DNA of 56,311 bases, the filler included, from Barthelona sp. PAP020 (taxonomy: Eukaryota): NCBI GenBank assembly GCA_040182905.1. It is 3 parts of 3 records of this genome, joined end to end, with 100 filler letters (N's around TTAATTAATTAA, not from the genome) between each part and the next. Parts side by side here need not be neighbours in the genome. Positions count along the whole stretch, not along the records: positions 1 to 18,739 come from JARQWU010000222.1; positions 18,840 to 37,578 come from JARQWU010000223.1; 1 more part is not named here. One strand, given 5' to 3'. Shown here piece by piece: positions 11,118-20,616 of the stretch. The translations under genes were made by a program, and so were the position numbers. A model generated the notes under the pieces. It ran no database searches. It saw only the letters and a list, made by a program, of their open reading frames with translations, and was not told the origin of the DNA. Positions within the stretch are counted from its first letter, which is position 1, and each line of letters opens with the position of its first letter.

Positions 11118-11529
11118 GAAATTGACTTTACATTATTGAATCATGCATTTCATAAAGAAAGATCATCTGAAAAAATGCCTGTAAACCCTCAAATTTTTTT
11201 TTATGAATCCTCCAACTGTTGTCAACATTCCAACAATTGTTTTGAAAGAACAATCTTCAAAAGAAAAAAAAGGTTTAAATTTCTTTCCAACAAACAGGAT
11301 TAAAACTTAACCAATGACTAGTTAGGAATTGTTGCCCATTTTTTCTGTTCATCAATTCCAAATTTCAACTGAATGAAAAATGTGGAATGCTTTTCACTGT
11401 GTTTTGCAATTTTGAATCAAATTCCCATTTATTCTGTAAAATTATTTAAATTAAATGCACAATCAACACCAAAAAGTTCTAAAAATTCAAAGATGTTCTT
11501 GCCTTTTCTTATTGTTTTTTTGTTCAAAA

Positions 11530-11946
11530 ATGCAACGTACTTTTGTTTGTTTAAAACCTGATTGTGTTCAAAATAATCACATTGGAGATTGTTTGAAGAT
11601 ATTTGAAAATTCTGGCTTAAAATTGGTTGCCATGAAAATGATCAAATGTCCCAGAGAATTAGCTGCTGCTCATTATGCTGTTCATAAGGAAAGACCTTTT
11701 TTTGCCAGTTTAGTTGACAGTTTTGCTGATTCTATTGTTGTCCCTTGTTGTTTTGAAGGAGAAAACGCTATTGCTCGTGTTAGAGAAATTTGTGGTGCCA
11801 CTAATCCTGCAAATGCTGCTCCTGGTACTATTCGTGCTTTATATGCTTCCTCAATTGATAAAAATACCGTTCACTCCAGTGATGGTGAAGAAACTGCCAC
11901 TTTTGAACTTGGTTTATGGTTCAATGATGAAGATTTCACTCATTAA
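11530..11946 (+). CDS. NDK: Nucleoside diphosphate kinase; true start is the ATG at 11530
   Basis: MQRTFVCLKPD, HYAVHKERPFF, GATNP..APGTIR, NTVHSSD with the catalytic His. Confidence 0.96.
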   Translation: MQRTFVCLKPDCVQNNHIGDCLKIFENSGLKLVAMKMIKCPRELAAAHYAVHKERPFFASLVDSFADSIVVPCCFEGENAIARVREICGATNPANAAPGTIRALYASSIDKNTVHSSDGEETATFELGLWFNDEDFTH

Positions 11947-12197
11947 GTATTTTCATAAACATTTTTGATCGTTTTTTCCTGTTTTATTCAATGTTTGCAA
12001 AGAAGAATTCTTGCTCCCTTTTTTTTGTTAAATTTGAATCTGATCCATTTTGGAAAAAAAAAAAAAGCTAATTTGAAACCATTTATTTGCTATCTTTGAA
12101 AAATAAATGAATATGAAAATATCAATCGTGTAAAAGAACAGAAAACAATTTTCAATTCCAAGCAATTGAATTTTATTTTTATTTATTATCAAATTCA

Positions 12198-12866
12198 ATG
12201 ACACAATCATTAGTCTCTTTCATCATTTCGCCTGAGGGATCAATATCCAATTATTCTCAGGTTCATAATTTAATTAATACTGCTGGTCCCGTTGTTAATC
12301 TTTCATATCCTTATGGAGAAACAGGAAATGAATGTGTAGTTTCATATTATAGTGAAACAAATGTTCAAAATGCTTTAAAATTTAATGGTTTTGTTCTCGA
12401 TTCCAATACAACATTAATTGTTAGGATGGTGAACCCTCCTTCAATTGGTGAAACTGTTTCTAAAGTTGGCAGTAAAATTTCAGGTTCGGTATCGAATTTC
12501 TATGCCAAAAATATCAAGCCGAATATTCCAAATCAAGTTTATACCACAACAGATAAAATTGGAAAATCTCTTAATGATATCAGTTTGAAAGTTTCAAATT
12601 GTGTGAGTGATATTTATACCAATAATATTGAACCGACAGGTATTCCTCAACATGTTCACAATGGTGCTAAAGCAGTTGGAAACACTGTAACGAAAATAAG
12701 TAAGACTGTTGGTGATAAAATTGCCGAAACAATTGCTCCAACTAATGAAAATAACGTTTCATATCCTATTCCAAATGAAACAGAGCAGTTCCAGACAAGG
12801 CCAACGACTGAATCTGTCAATGAGTCTGTTGAAAATCAAACAACATTGTATCCCAATCCCTTTTAA
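12198..12866 (+). CDS. Hypothetical protein; possible degenerate RRM followed by amphipathic repeats
   Basis: 222-aa ORF; RNP-like CVVSYYSETNVQNALKFNG; repeated KVG/KIG..IS segments. Confidence 0.5.
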   Translation: MTQSLVSFIISPEGSISNYSQVHNLINTAGPVVNLSYPYGETGNECVVSYYSETNVQNALKFNGFVLDSNTTLIVRMVNPPSIGETVSKVGSKISGSVSNFYAKNIKPNIPNQVYTTTDKIGKSLNDISLKVSNCVSDIYTNNIEPTGIPQHVHNGAKAVGNTVTKISKTVGDKIAETIAPTNENNVSYPIPNETEQFQTRPTTESVNESVENQTTLYPNPF

Positions 12867-12938
12867 AATTTTTACATCATAAAAATTATTTATTTTCTTT
12901 TTTCTCAATATTTTCTATTAAGTATTTGATTTGATTAA

Positions 12939-13847
12939 ATGAGTGATTCAGAAGAAGAATTCAATGAGATTACACCTGAATTTATTGCGAAAATTGTTTT
13001 AGATAAAACCTTCACCAATTTAACGAAAGATGAACGGAAACAATTGATTGAAACTTTGTTGAATCTTGAAGAGTTAAATTTAACAAACTGTGGAATTCAT
13101 AAAATTGACAATTTGGAAGTGTTTTCCAAATTGAAGATTTTAAATCTTTCTGATAATCATATTCAACAATTAGAAAATTTGGAATTTTTATTATCTTTGG
13201 AAGAATTAGATGTTTCTTCCAATGAATTGCATTCATTGTGTGATTTGTCATCTTTAATCAATTTAAAAAAATTGAAGTTGAATGACAATCAAAATTTAAT
13301 CATGGTTGACCCAAATAAATTGCCTCATCAATTGGTTGAATTGGATTTAATCAATACTCCTTTGATGGATATCTTTGATTACAGCTCCTTACCAAAATTG
13401 TTGAAATTTAATAATTTGGTTGTGCAAAATAATGATGATGACAATGATGAGGATAATTTTTTATTTGATAATTTTGATCAAGATATCATAAATATTCAAA
13501 AGCAAATAGGAGATGCTGTTGAAGCTGATAAAAAGAGTATAGAATTGCATAGTAAAGAAATGAAATCGAAAACTATGGATTTTGAAAAGGAAATTGATAG
13601 AATTGTAAAGAATGCTTCTGATTCTATGCAAAAAGCCTTTGATATGGCACATGATCATGCTTCTGAAAGAATAAAGAGCACATTGAGCAGGGTTGATGAG
13701 GAGTTTAACAAAGAGATTGAAGTGGCTTCAAAAATTGCAGCTGATGCTGCCAAATTTGCTTACGAAACAATTGAAACAAATTTGGAAGAAATTGAAGATT
13801 CTTCCAACAATGCAAACCAAAATGAAGATTCAATTCCTGATGAATAA
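12939..13847 (+). CDS. Sds22-type leucine-rich repeat protein with acidic/coiled-coil C-terminus
   Basis: 22-aa repeats LEELNLTNCGIHKIDNL, LKILNLSDNHIQQLENL, LEELDVSSNEL. Confidence 0.8.
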   Translation: MSDSEEEFNEITPEFIAKIVLDKTFTNLTKDERKQLIETLLNLEELNLTNCGIHKIDNLEVFSKLKILNLSDNHIQQLENLEFLLSLEELDVSSNELHSLCDLSSLINLKKLKLNDNQNLIMVDPNKLPHQLVELDLINTPLMDIFDYSSLPKLLKFNNLVVQNNDDDNDEDNFLFDNFDQDIINIQKQIGDAVEADKKSIELHSKEMKSKTMDFEKEIDRIVKNASDSMQKAFDMAHDHASERIKSTLSRVDEEFNKEIEVASKIAADAAKFAYETIETNLEEIEDSSNNANQNEDSIPDE

Positions 13848-14070
13848 TTCAAAATAAAATAAAAATGTGTAAATGTGTATTTTTTTTTTTTGTTTGTTTG
13901 ATGGATTGTTGGCATTACAAGATAATTGAATGCTTTCATTTTGATTATTCCTTATCTCAATCTTTTATTTTGACAGAAATTAAAATTTGTAATGCCTGTC
14001 CAAAATTGAAAAAAAATCAAAAAAAAAAAACAATTTACAATTTTATTCAAAAAAACATTGTTTACTAATT

Positions 14071-17000
14071 TCAAACTCTCCAAACACTACGCTTGGTACT
14101 TTCTTCACGAATTTTTTCCAAATCTACTTCTAAATCAGGTTTAACGTGTGCAAATTCAGGAATTTCAATAGATTCATGAGGAACTGTGTTATCTTTATCC
14201 AATTCCAAATTAGCTATCTCATAATCAAAAAGATCAAATGTGGCAACTTTCTTTGTACCACCTCTGGAAGTTTTTTGAGAACCAAGAGATCTGGAAGAAT
14301 AAGCGATTGAAAGGGCTTTGTTTTCTTTTTCTTTTTCTTTTTGTTTTTCCAATTCTCTTTTTAAAGCTTGTCTTTTCGCATTTTCTTCTGCTTGTTTTTG
14401 CCAAACAGCTGACATTCTTCTTGTTTTATCTTCATCTGTTAATAAAGCTGAATAACCATTGTTTGATGGTTTTGCCAACATTCTATCCAATTGTTTGTCA
14501 TCCAATTTAGACCAATCCGTCACATCCAAAAGAATTTGTTCTTTCATTCTTTTGACTTGCTCTGCCAATTGTTGACGTTTATATTCAGCATCTCTTCTGA
14601 CACTTTCATCTTGTTTTTGGAAAACTTCTTCTATTTCTTCAATATTTGCTTTACATTCTAAAATGGTCTCATTGATAGCATTTTGCGCTTCATTTAATCT
14701 AAATCGCTCTTTTGCAATTTCTTTCATCAAACGTAGTTTTTTTTGCTCAATTTGTTCAAATGATTGTTTCTTTTCATTGATTTGATTGTGAATATGACTA
14801 TTTTCACCAGTCAGTTCGTTTGCATGTTCTAACAACTTGAAATATATCTTGGAATGCTTTTCTTTCTTTAAATTCAATGCTTCTATTGTTTCAATTAACA
14901 TCTCTTCAGCATTAATATATTTTTCATGTTTAGCTTTATTTCTAGTCATCTCTTCATTTAATTTATTTGTTATCTTTTGATTCTTCTCATTCAATTCTTT
15001 CAAAGGAGCTTCTTCATATGACTTTGCAATGGCATTTTCTTCTAACTTTTGTTCTAATTTAGCTTTTTGAGAGGTTAATTCAGCATTTAATTTTTCTAAA
15101 GCTTGTTTATAATCTTCCAAAAGTTTAGACTGTTCATCAATTTTTCTTTCCAAAATCGTTCGATCATCATCATTTTGAATATCATGTAATTGATCAAACA
15201 ATTCATCCAATTGTTTTCTTTTCAACAGAATTTGTTCATTTAATTCTTTAAAAGTCGTTTTTTTCATCAATAATTCTTTTTCTTGTTTATTATTCTCTTC
15301 TCTCCAATTGTCAACCAATTTCTTTTGATTTTCAACTTCTTCCTTAAATTGTTTAAACATTCTTGAACGATCATTGATATCAGTCAAACGTTTTTCACGT
15401 TCAGCAATCAAATTGTTTTGTACTAACGTTTTTGCATACATATCACCATATTTTTGTCTCATTTGATTGAATGTTACTCTATTATTACTAATCCAGGTCT
15501 TTAATTCCTCAGATAAGTTACTATTAAATTTAGCTTCAGTTTCTTTCTTTTGTTTTTCAAAATTTTGACGTTTTACTTCTTGTACACTCAATAATTCATT
15601 CTTTTCAGTATTTAACATTTCAGTATCTTCCATAATTTCATTAATACGTTGAGTGAGCAAGCTGATATCATTTTGATAGATAGCATTCTCAGATTTCAAT
15701 TTTTCACTCTTTTCTTTCAGTTCTTTTTCAACAATTGAATATTCTTTTGTCATTTCTCTTAACATTTTCTTAATATCAACCAAAGTAGCTTCTTCTTTTA
15801 TTATAGAAGCTTCTTCTTCTTTAATCTTCTCTCTAACAAGATCAACCACTTTAGAATGTTTTGTACTCATGGTTTCAATTCGATATACTAATTCATTTTC
15901 AGCAAATGTAACAACAGAATTAAAAGTTTTCAAATTTTGTTCAATATTATCCAATTTTTCTTTCGTTTTAACATACATATCATCTAAATCCTTTAATTTT
16001 GTATCTAATAAATGTAATTGTGAACGATATTGTTTCAAAATTAAATGTTCATCTAATACTTTTTGTAATTGCTCTAATTTAGCAATATCTAACCATTCTT
16101 CAGTTAAAATTATAACATCAAATTTACTTCCTTTCAATAAACTCTTTAAATATTTACGATTTTCTTCAGTAAATCCTTCATTACCAGTAATATTATTGAA
16201 GAATACAGATAATTCTTCAATGATTCTATCATCAATTTCATAAACCAAAAATTTCGATTCCAATTCATTCAATGTCTCATTTAAACCACTTTTTTGAGTT
16301 CTTAATTGTGTTCTTGATTCAATAATAATATTCAATTGTTGTTTTAACGACAATTGTTCTTCAATAAATAAATTACGTATATTTTCAAATTTTTCCAAAC
16401 ATTTATGCTTTTGGACACTTAATATTTCAGATTCAATTCCAAATATCGTTAGTTCCGTCTCATTATTTGCTAAACGATCAAGATTTGTTTTTTTGATTTC
16501 AATATTCTTTTCAAAATCATACATAAACTCTTCAGTTTGTTGAATCTTATTATTTAACACAGCAATTTGTCCTTCTAATTCAATAATTAGTGATCTAGTA
16601 TCTTCAGTTTTATTTCTTTGTTGTTGCATTATAATGTTTAATTGTTGTTCTAACTCTTTTGATTCATATCGAAAACTGTTCAATTTGCTCTCTAATTGTT
16701 CAATTCTTTCATTACTTTCTTTAACAGATGATTGATACTCCATTTCATTGGTGACCATTTGTAGTTCCAAACCATATTGTGCTTCTAATTGACTTAATTT
16801 GGTTTGCATTTGAACGTATTTGTTCTCACCTGCAGCAATAATTTGGACTTGTTTTCTATAATTTTGTTCCAAAGCAGATATTTCAATGTTCAATGCTTGA
16901 ACTTGTTTGCTTAAAAACTGCAATTCATCTTGCAATAAATGATCTTGTTCTTCAACTTCTTGTTTACGGATCTTTAATTTTCCATCGAAATCAATTAATT

Positions 17001-18000
17001 TCACTTTTTCATACTTTAGTCCATTTTCAATCTTTTCAATTGCTTCGTTCAATTGATTGATTTTAGCTTCTTGAATTTCCACAGCCTTTTCAAATTCATT
17101 CAAATCTTTTAATCTAGCACTTCTTTTTTCAGTCAATTCTTTCGCTTCAACTGCTAATTTAGTTAATTCAGCAGTAGTTTTGACTTTTAAATCATTTAAA
17201 ATTGCATCAGCTTCTGATAAAACTTCATCTTTACTCTCAATTAACCTTTCTAAAGCTTTTTCTTTTTCATTAATTAAAATTTCATACTCTAATATTTGAC
17301 TGAAACTATCATGTGCTTCACAACGGGCAAGTTCACTGGGCAAATGTTGATTCAATGATAATTGTCCAATTTCTTTCTCCAATTTCACTTGTTTCTCTGT
17401 TAATTGATCCAATTCAGCAATATGTTGAATTGCAATATTAGTTATTTGTTGTAATTTAGCACCCCCATCAGATTTCCATTTAGCAAAACGTTCTTTCATT
17501 TTTTTGATTTTTTCTTTGGTTTCATAACGCATTTTTGCTCGTTTTTGGCTTAATACATTATCTCCAGCAGTATGTAATTCTTCTAACTGTCTTAAATCTT
17601 CAAATCGCTTATATTTATACAATTCTATTTTTTTTTCTCTTTCTTTTCTTTTCTTTTCCTTTTCTTTCTCCAATTCACGTTCTCTCATCAATTTCACACG
17701 TTTTTGAGCAATTTCTTGAGCTTCATTTGTTTTTTTCAAAGTTTCGGTCCATTCTGATGTGCTTTTTCTTTTCTTACTATTTGGTGTAAGAGTTCCACTA
17801 TAAAATGGTTTGGCTTGTGAAGCATTACGTTCAAATCTATTCATAGGGGTTGAAGAAGTAGAAGTAATCGACATTTTAGACATTGACCTTGACATTTTAA
17901 AATCATTTTCATCTTCCGAAAAATCATCAGTAATTTCTTTCGAATTATCAAGATTGGCTTCAGTTTCAAGTGCCAATTGATCAATAGATGAACTATCCAT
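14071..18000 (-). CDS. Large coiled-coil protein (1309 aa), function unknown
   Basis: Uninterrupted ORF with E/K/Q/L-rich heptad composition. Confidence 0.75.
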   Translation of the reverse strand: MDSSSIDQLALETEANLDNSKEITDDFSEDENDFKMSRSMSKMSITSTSSTPMNRFERNASQAKPFYSGTLTPNSKKRKSTSEWTETLKKTNEAQEIAQKRVKLMRERELEKEKEKKRKEREKKIELYKYKRFEDLRQLEELHTAGDNVLSQKRAKMRYETKEKIKKMKERFAKWKSDGGAKLQQITNIAIQHIAELDQLTEKQVKLEKEIGQLSLNQHLPSELARCEAHDSFSQILEYEILINEKEKALERLIESKDEVLSEADAILNDLKVKTTAELTKLAVEAKELTEKRSARLKDLNEFEKAVEIQEAKINQLNEAIEKIENGLKYEKVKLIDFDGKLKIRKQEVEEQDHLLQDELQFLSKQVQALNIEISALEQNYRKQVQIIAAGENKYVQMQTKLSQLEAQYGLELQMVTNEMEYQSSVKESNERIEQLESKLNSFRYESKELEQQLNIIMQQQRNKTEDTRSLIIELEGQIAVLNNKIQQTEEFMYDFEKNIEIKKTNLDRLANNETELTIFGIESEILSVQKHKCLEKFENIRNLFIEEQLSLKQQLNIIIESRTQLRTQKSGLNETLNELESKFLVYEIDDRIIEELSVFFNNITGNEGFTEENRKYLKSLLKGSKFDVIILTEEWLDIAKLEQLQKVLDEHLILKQYRSQLHLLDTKLKDLDDMYVKTKEKLDNIEQNLKTFNSVVTFAENELVYRIETMSTKHSKVVDLVREKIKEEEASIIKEEATLVDIKKMLREMTKEYSIVEKELKEKSEKLKSENAIYQNDISLLTQRINEIMEDTEMLNTEKNELLSVQEVKRQNFEKQKKETEAKFNSNLSEELKTWISNNRVTFNQMRQKYGDMYAKTLVQNNLIAEREKRLTDINDRSRMFKQFKEEVENQKKLVDNWREENNKQEKELLMKKTTFKELNEQILLKRKQLDELFDQLHDIQNDDDRTILERKIDEQSKLLEDYKQALEKLNAELTSQKAKLEQKLEENAIAKSYEEAPLKELNEKNQKITNKLNEEMTRNKAKHEKYINAEEMLIETIEALNLKKEKHSKIYFKLLEHANELTGENSHIHNQINEKKQSFEQIEQKKLRLMKEIAKERFRLNEAQNAINETILECKANIEEIEEVFQKQDESVRRDAEYKRQQLAEQVKRMKEQILLDVTDWSKLDDKQLDRMLAKPSNNGYSALLTDEDKTRRMSAVWQKQAEENAKRQALKRELEKQKEKEKENKALSIAYSSRSLGSQKTSRGGTKKVATFDLFDYEIANLELDKDNTVPHESIEIPEFAHVKPDLEVDLEKIREESTKRSVWRV

Positions 18001-18293
18001 TCAAAAAAAAAATTGTTTTGGCGTTCAATTTTCAAAAAAATAAATTTCATTTGTTGTCAATTATTGTTTACAAATTTAAGAAGAATGATAAATTTACATA
18101 AATAATAAACTGTTCATTAAAAAGAAACCACAATTAAAGAAATCGAAATATTTAAATGGTAATTTTCAACTCTTCAACAGTTTTTGATAAATAATACAAA
18201 TAAAATGCATCAATCAACATGTTTAAACAACAAATGAGAAATCAATATAAAAAAATGAAGGAATTCTTTATTCATTTTATTTGAAAAAACAAA

Positions 18294-18739
18294 ATGGATT
18301 CTAAAAAAATTAAGCTTTCAAAATTAAATGATATTAAGGAAATAATACCATTGGAAGAATTATTGAAAGCACGTTCAAATGAACTTGAAAATTTGTCGGA
18401 TTCCGAACAGTCCGTTCACACTCTTTCTGAATATTCTGAATTTGATATATTGGAAGGTGGTGCATTAACAGAGGCTTCTTTTAGTGCATATTCTGGTGAC
18501 ACTGTTTCAGTTAGTGAAAGATCCATTCTCGATGACCATACTGATTTGGAGGATTCTCGTTATCACGATGATGATGATGTTCCAATACCAGTAGTAGAGA
18601 TAGAAACTGTAGTTAAAGAAATTAAGGACGAAGATCTTGATAATATTGTTACAATAACGTTAACGGAAACAGATACGTGTATTTTATTTAACATGCCTAG
18701 TATTGCATATTCTGTGCAAAACGAAGAGCTCTCTAGAGA
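18294..18739 (+). CDS. Possible axonemal dynein intermediate chain WDR78/DNAI4 (IC138)-like, N-terminal fragment cut by the scaffold end
   Basis: DLDNIVTITLTETDTCILFNMPS resembles the conserved LTETxTxxLxxxPS segment of WDR78/IC138. The WD40 part is not in view. Confidence 0.5.
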
Positions 18740-18839
18740 NNNNNNNNNNNNNNNNNNNNNNNNNNNNNNNNNNNNNNNNNNNNTTAATTAATTAANNNNN
18801 NNNNNNNNNNNNNNNNNNNNNNNNNNNNNNNNNNNNNNN
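18740..18839. other. Artificial scaffold spacer (44 N + TTAATTAATTAA + 44 N)
   Basis: Exactly 100 bp with a six-frame stop linker; identical to 37579-37678. Confidence 0.97.
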
Positions 18840-18958
18840 TGATGCAACAAATTGCTCAAAAGTGGGCAGAACTCCTCCAAATTAAAAACAACAACACACC
18901 TTCACACACCCTCACAGATCTCTCTTTCGATGAACAATCATCTCCAATGTTTCAGTAA
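18840..18958 (+). CDS. 3' end of an unknown gene at the scaffold start
   Basis: Open frame ...MQQIAQKWAELLQIK...SSPMFQ ends in a TAA embedded in AGTAAA, like several other genes here. Confidence 0.5.
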
Positions 18959-19010
18959 ATTAGTCAGTTTTTTTCTCCTTGAAAGTAAAAAGCAAGAAAT
19001 ATTTACAAAA

Positions 19011-20333
19011 TTATAGTTTCGACCCCAAAGTATCAATTATCATATCGTTAAGATCTGAAATATCAAATTTTTCCGCCTGTTTTGCCATCATGTACAACAA
19101 AGGATGATCATCAACAGTGACATCATCAAACAATCCAAGATTTTGTTTTTCTTCAACTTTTTTAACCAAAATAATATCTGGAACCCCATCTACTTCAATT
19201 TCTAAGTCTCTGAACGTGCTTTCAAGTGAATAACCCCAAACATAATCACCACACTCTATTTCATCAGGTGATAAATGAGTCGTGACAACATGTGAAATTC
19301 CTTGATCCATTTGATTTTCAAGCATAACGGTAAGAAACATTATATTCTCATCAATTTCCTTTCCAATAACAAGATAGCTTTCCAAGTATTTTTCTTCATA
19401 AGTCCTTAAAGTTTTTAAATTACTTGAAAAATATTTACTGGCACTCATCATACTTTTTTGCCCAGTAATTGGGGAAATAAAATGAACTTGATGGGAGGAC
19501 GCTTCAACTAAGTACATTTCTCCAAATGATGACTTTGATTTCCTATCCCATACAAGATCGTTCTTACAAAGAGGAACAATTTCAACACTATGAGTATATT
19601 TCATCGAAGCAGTAGCATTCTTAATGTCTTCAGATAATAATTTTGCAGATCGTTCATGTTTTACTGGAAAATTTCGTTTAATAAATTCAACAAATTTTTG
19701 CCCATTGCTTTTGGTCTTGAAAAAAAAGTCAACACCGTCTTTTTGCTCTTCCATATTGCAAACTAATGCTAAAATATTTGGATTTTTAACTATCAGCAAT
19801 TCTAGCAAGTATAAAACTTTTTTTACGGTAGAATGTTGTCTCACTTGAACTTTGGCTTCCCAATTAATATTTAATCCTTCCTTTACACAATCATCACACA
19901 TAATATCTCGAATTGAATAATTCAAACAACAAGTTTGTTCCAAGACGGCTCTTCCAAATACAGTTTTCCGAACTTTTATCAGTATTTCTAAATGTTTTGA
20001 GTGAGGTTCAGTCCAAACAAATTCAGCATCAACTAATTTTAATCCTTTTAAACCTTTCACTCGTTTTAACAATATAGATAATAATTGCGGTGATTCTGCT
20101 TTTGCTCTTGTCCAATCTTTAGGTGGAACTCGATATCTTTTACAATTCTTACAGTAATCAATCTCATATTCTTTACCTATATCTTCTGTAATATCAGTTT
20201 CTCTTGATAAACAAACCAAACATCTGAAGGTTGGATTTGGGTCTATCATTTTTCCACATCTATAACATGGAATTTGTGCATATTCTTTTTCATTTTCGTT
20301 TTCTTTGGAAATTACAGTTGAATTTGAATCCAT
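19011..20333 (-). CDS. NMD3: 60S ribosomal export adaptor NMD3
   Basis: CYRCG..CLVC, CKNCKRY, ESPQLLSILLK, AEFVWTEPHSK, WEAKVQVRQ, DGVDFFF. Confidence 0.95.
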   Translation of the reverse strand: MDSNSTVISKENENEKEYAQIPCYRCGKMIDPNPTFRCLVCLSRETDITEDIGKEYEIDYCKNCKRYRVPPKDWTRAKAESPQLLSILLKRVKGLKGLKLVDAEFVWTEPHSKHLEILIKVRKTVFGRAVLEQTCCLNYSIRDIMCDDCVKEGLNINWEAKVQVRQHSTVKKVLYLLELLIVKNPNILALVCNMEEQKDGVDFFFKTKSNGQKFVEFIKRNFPVKHERSAKLLSEDIKNATASMKYTHSVEIVPLCKNDLVWDRKSKSSFGEMYLVEASSHQVHFISPITGQKSMMSASKYFSSNLKTLRTYEEKYLESYLVIGKEIDENIMFLTVMLENQMDQGISHVVTTHLSPDEIECGDYVWGYSLESTFRDLEIEVDGVPDIILVKKVEEKQNLGLFDDVTVDDHPLLYMMAKQAEKFDISDLNDMIIDTLGSKL

Positions 20334-20616
20334 AATGTTGATGAAAAAAAAAGTTTTTTTATTGTTTTCCTTAAATATTCTGTCGACTCGAGTCTCTTCA
20401 GTGCTGTGGTTAAAAATCGATATTTATCAATTAATTGACACCCAAAACTGCAAATAAACAAATAAAAGAGGCTTCTTTTAACTTTTATGACATTCTTTCA
20501 CTTCTGTAAAATTTCTTAATCAATATTTTTTAACCTTTAAATGAAAACAAAAATAAAATGAAATAATAAAAATTACAACCATTTATTACAACTTATCAAC
20601 TTATCAATTGAAAAAC

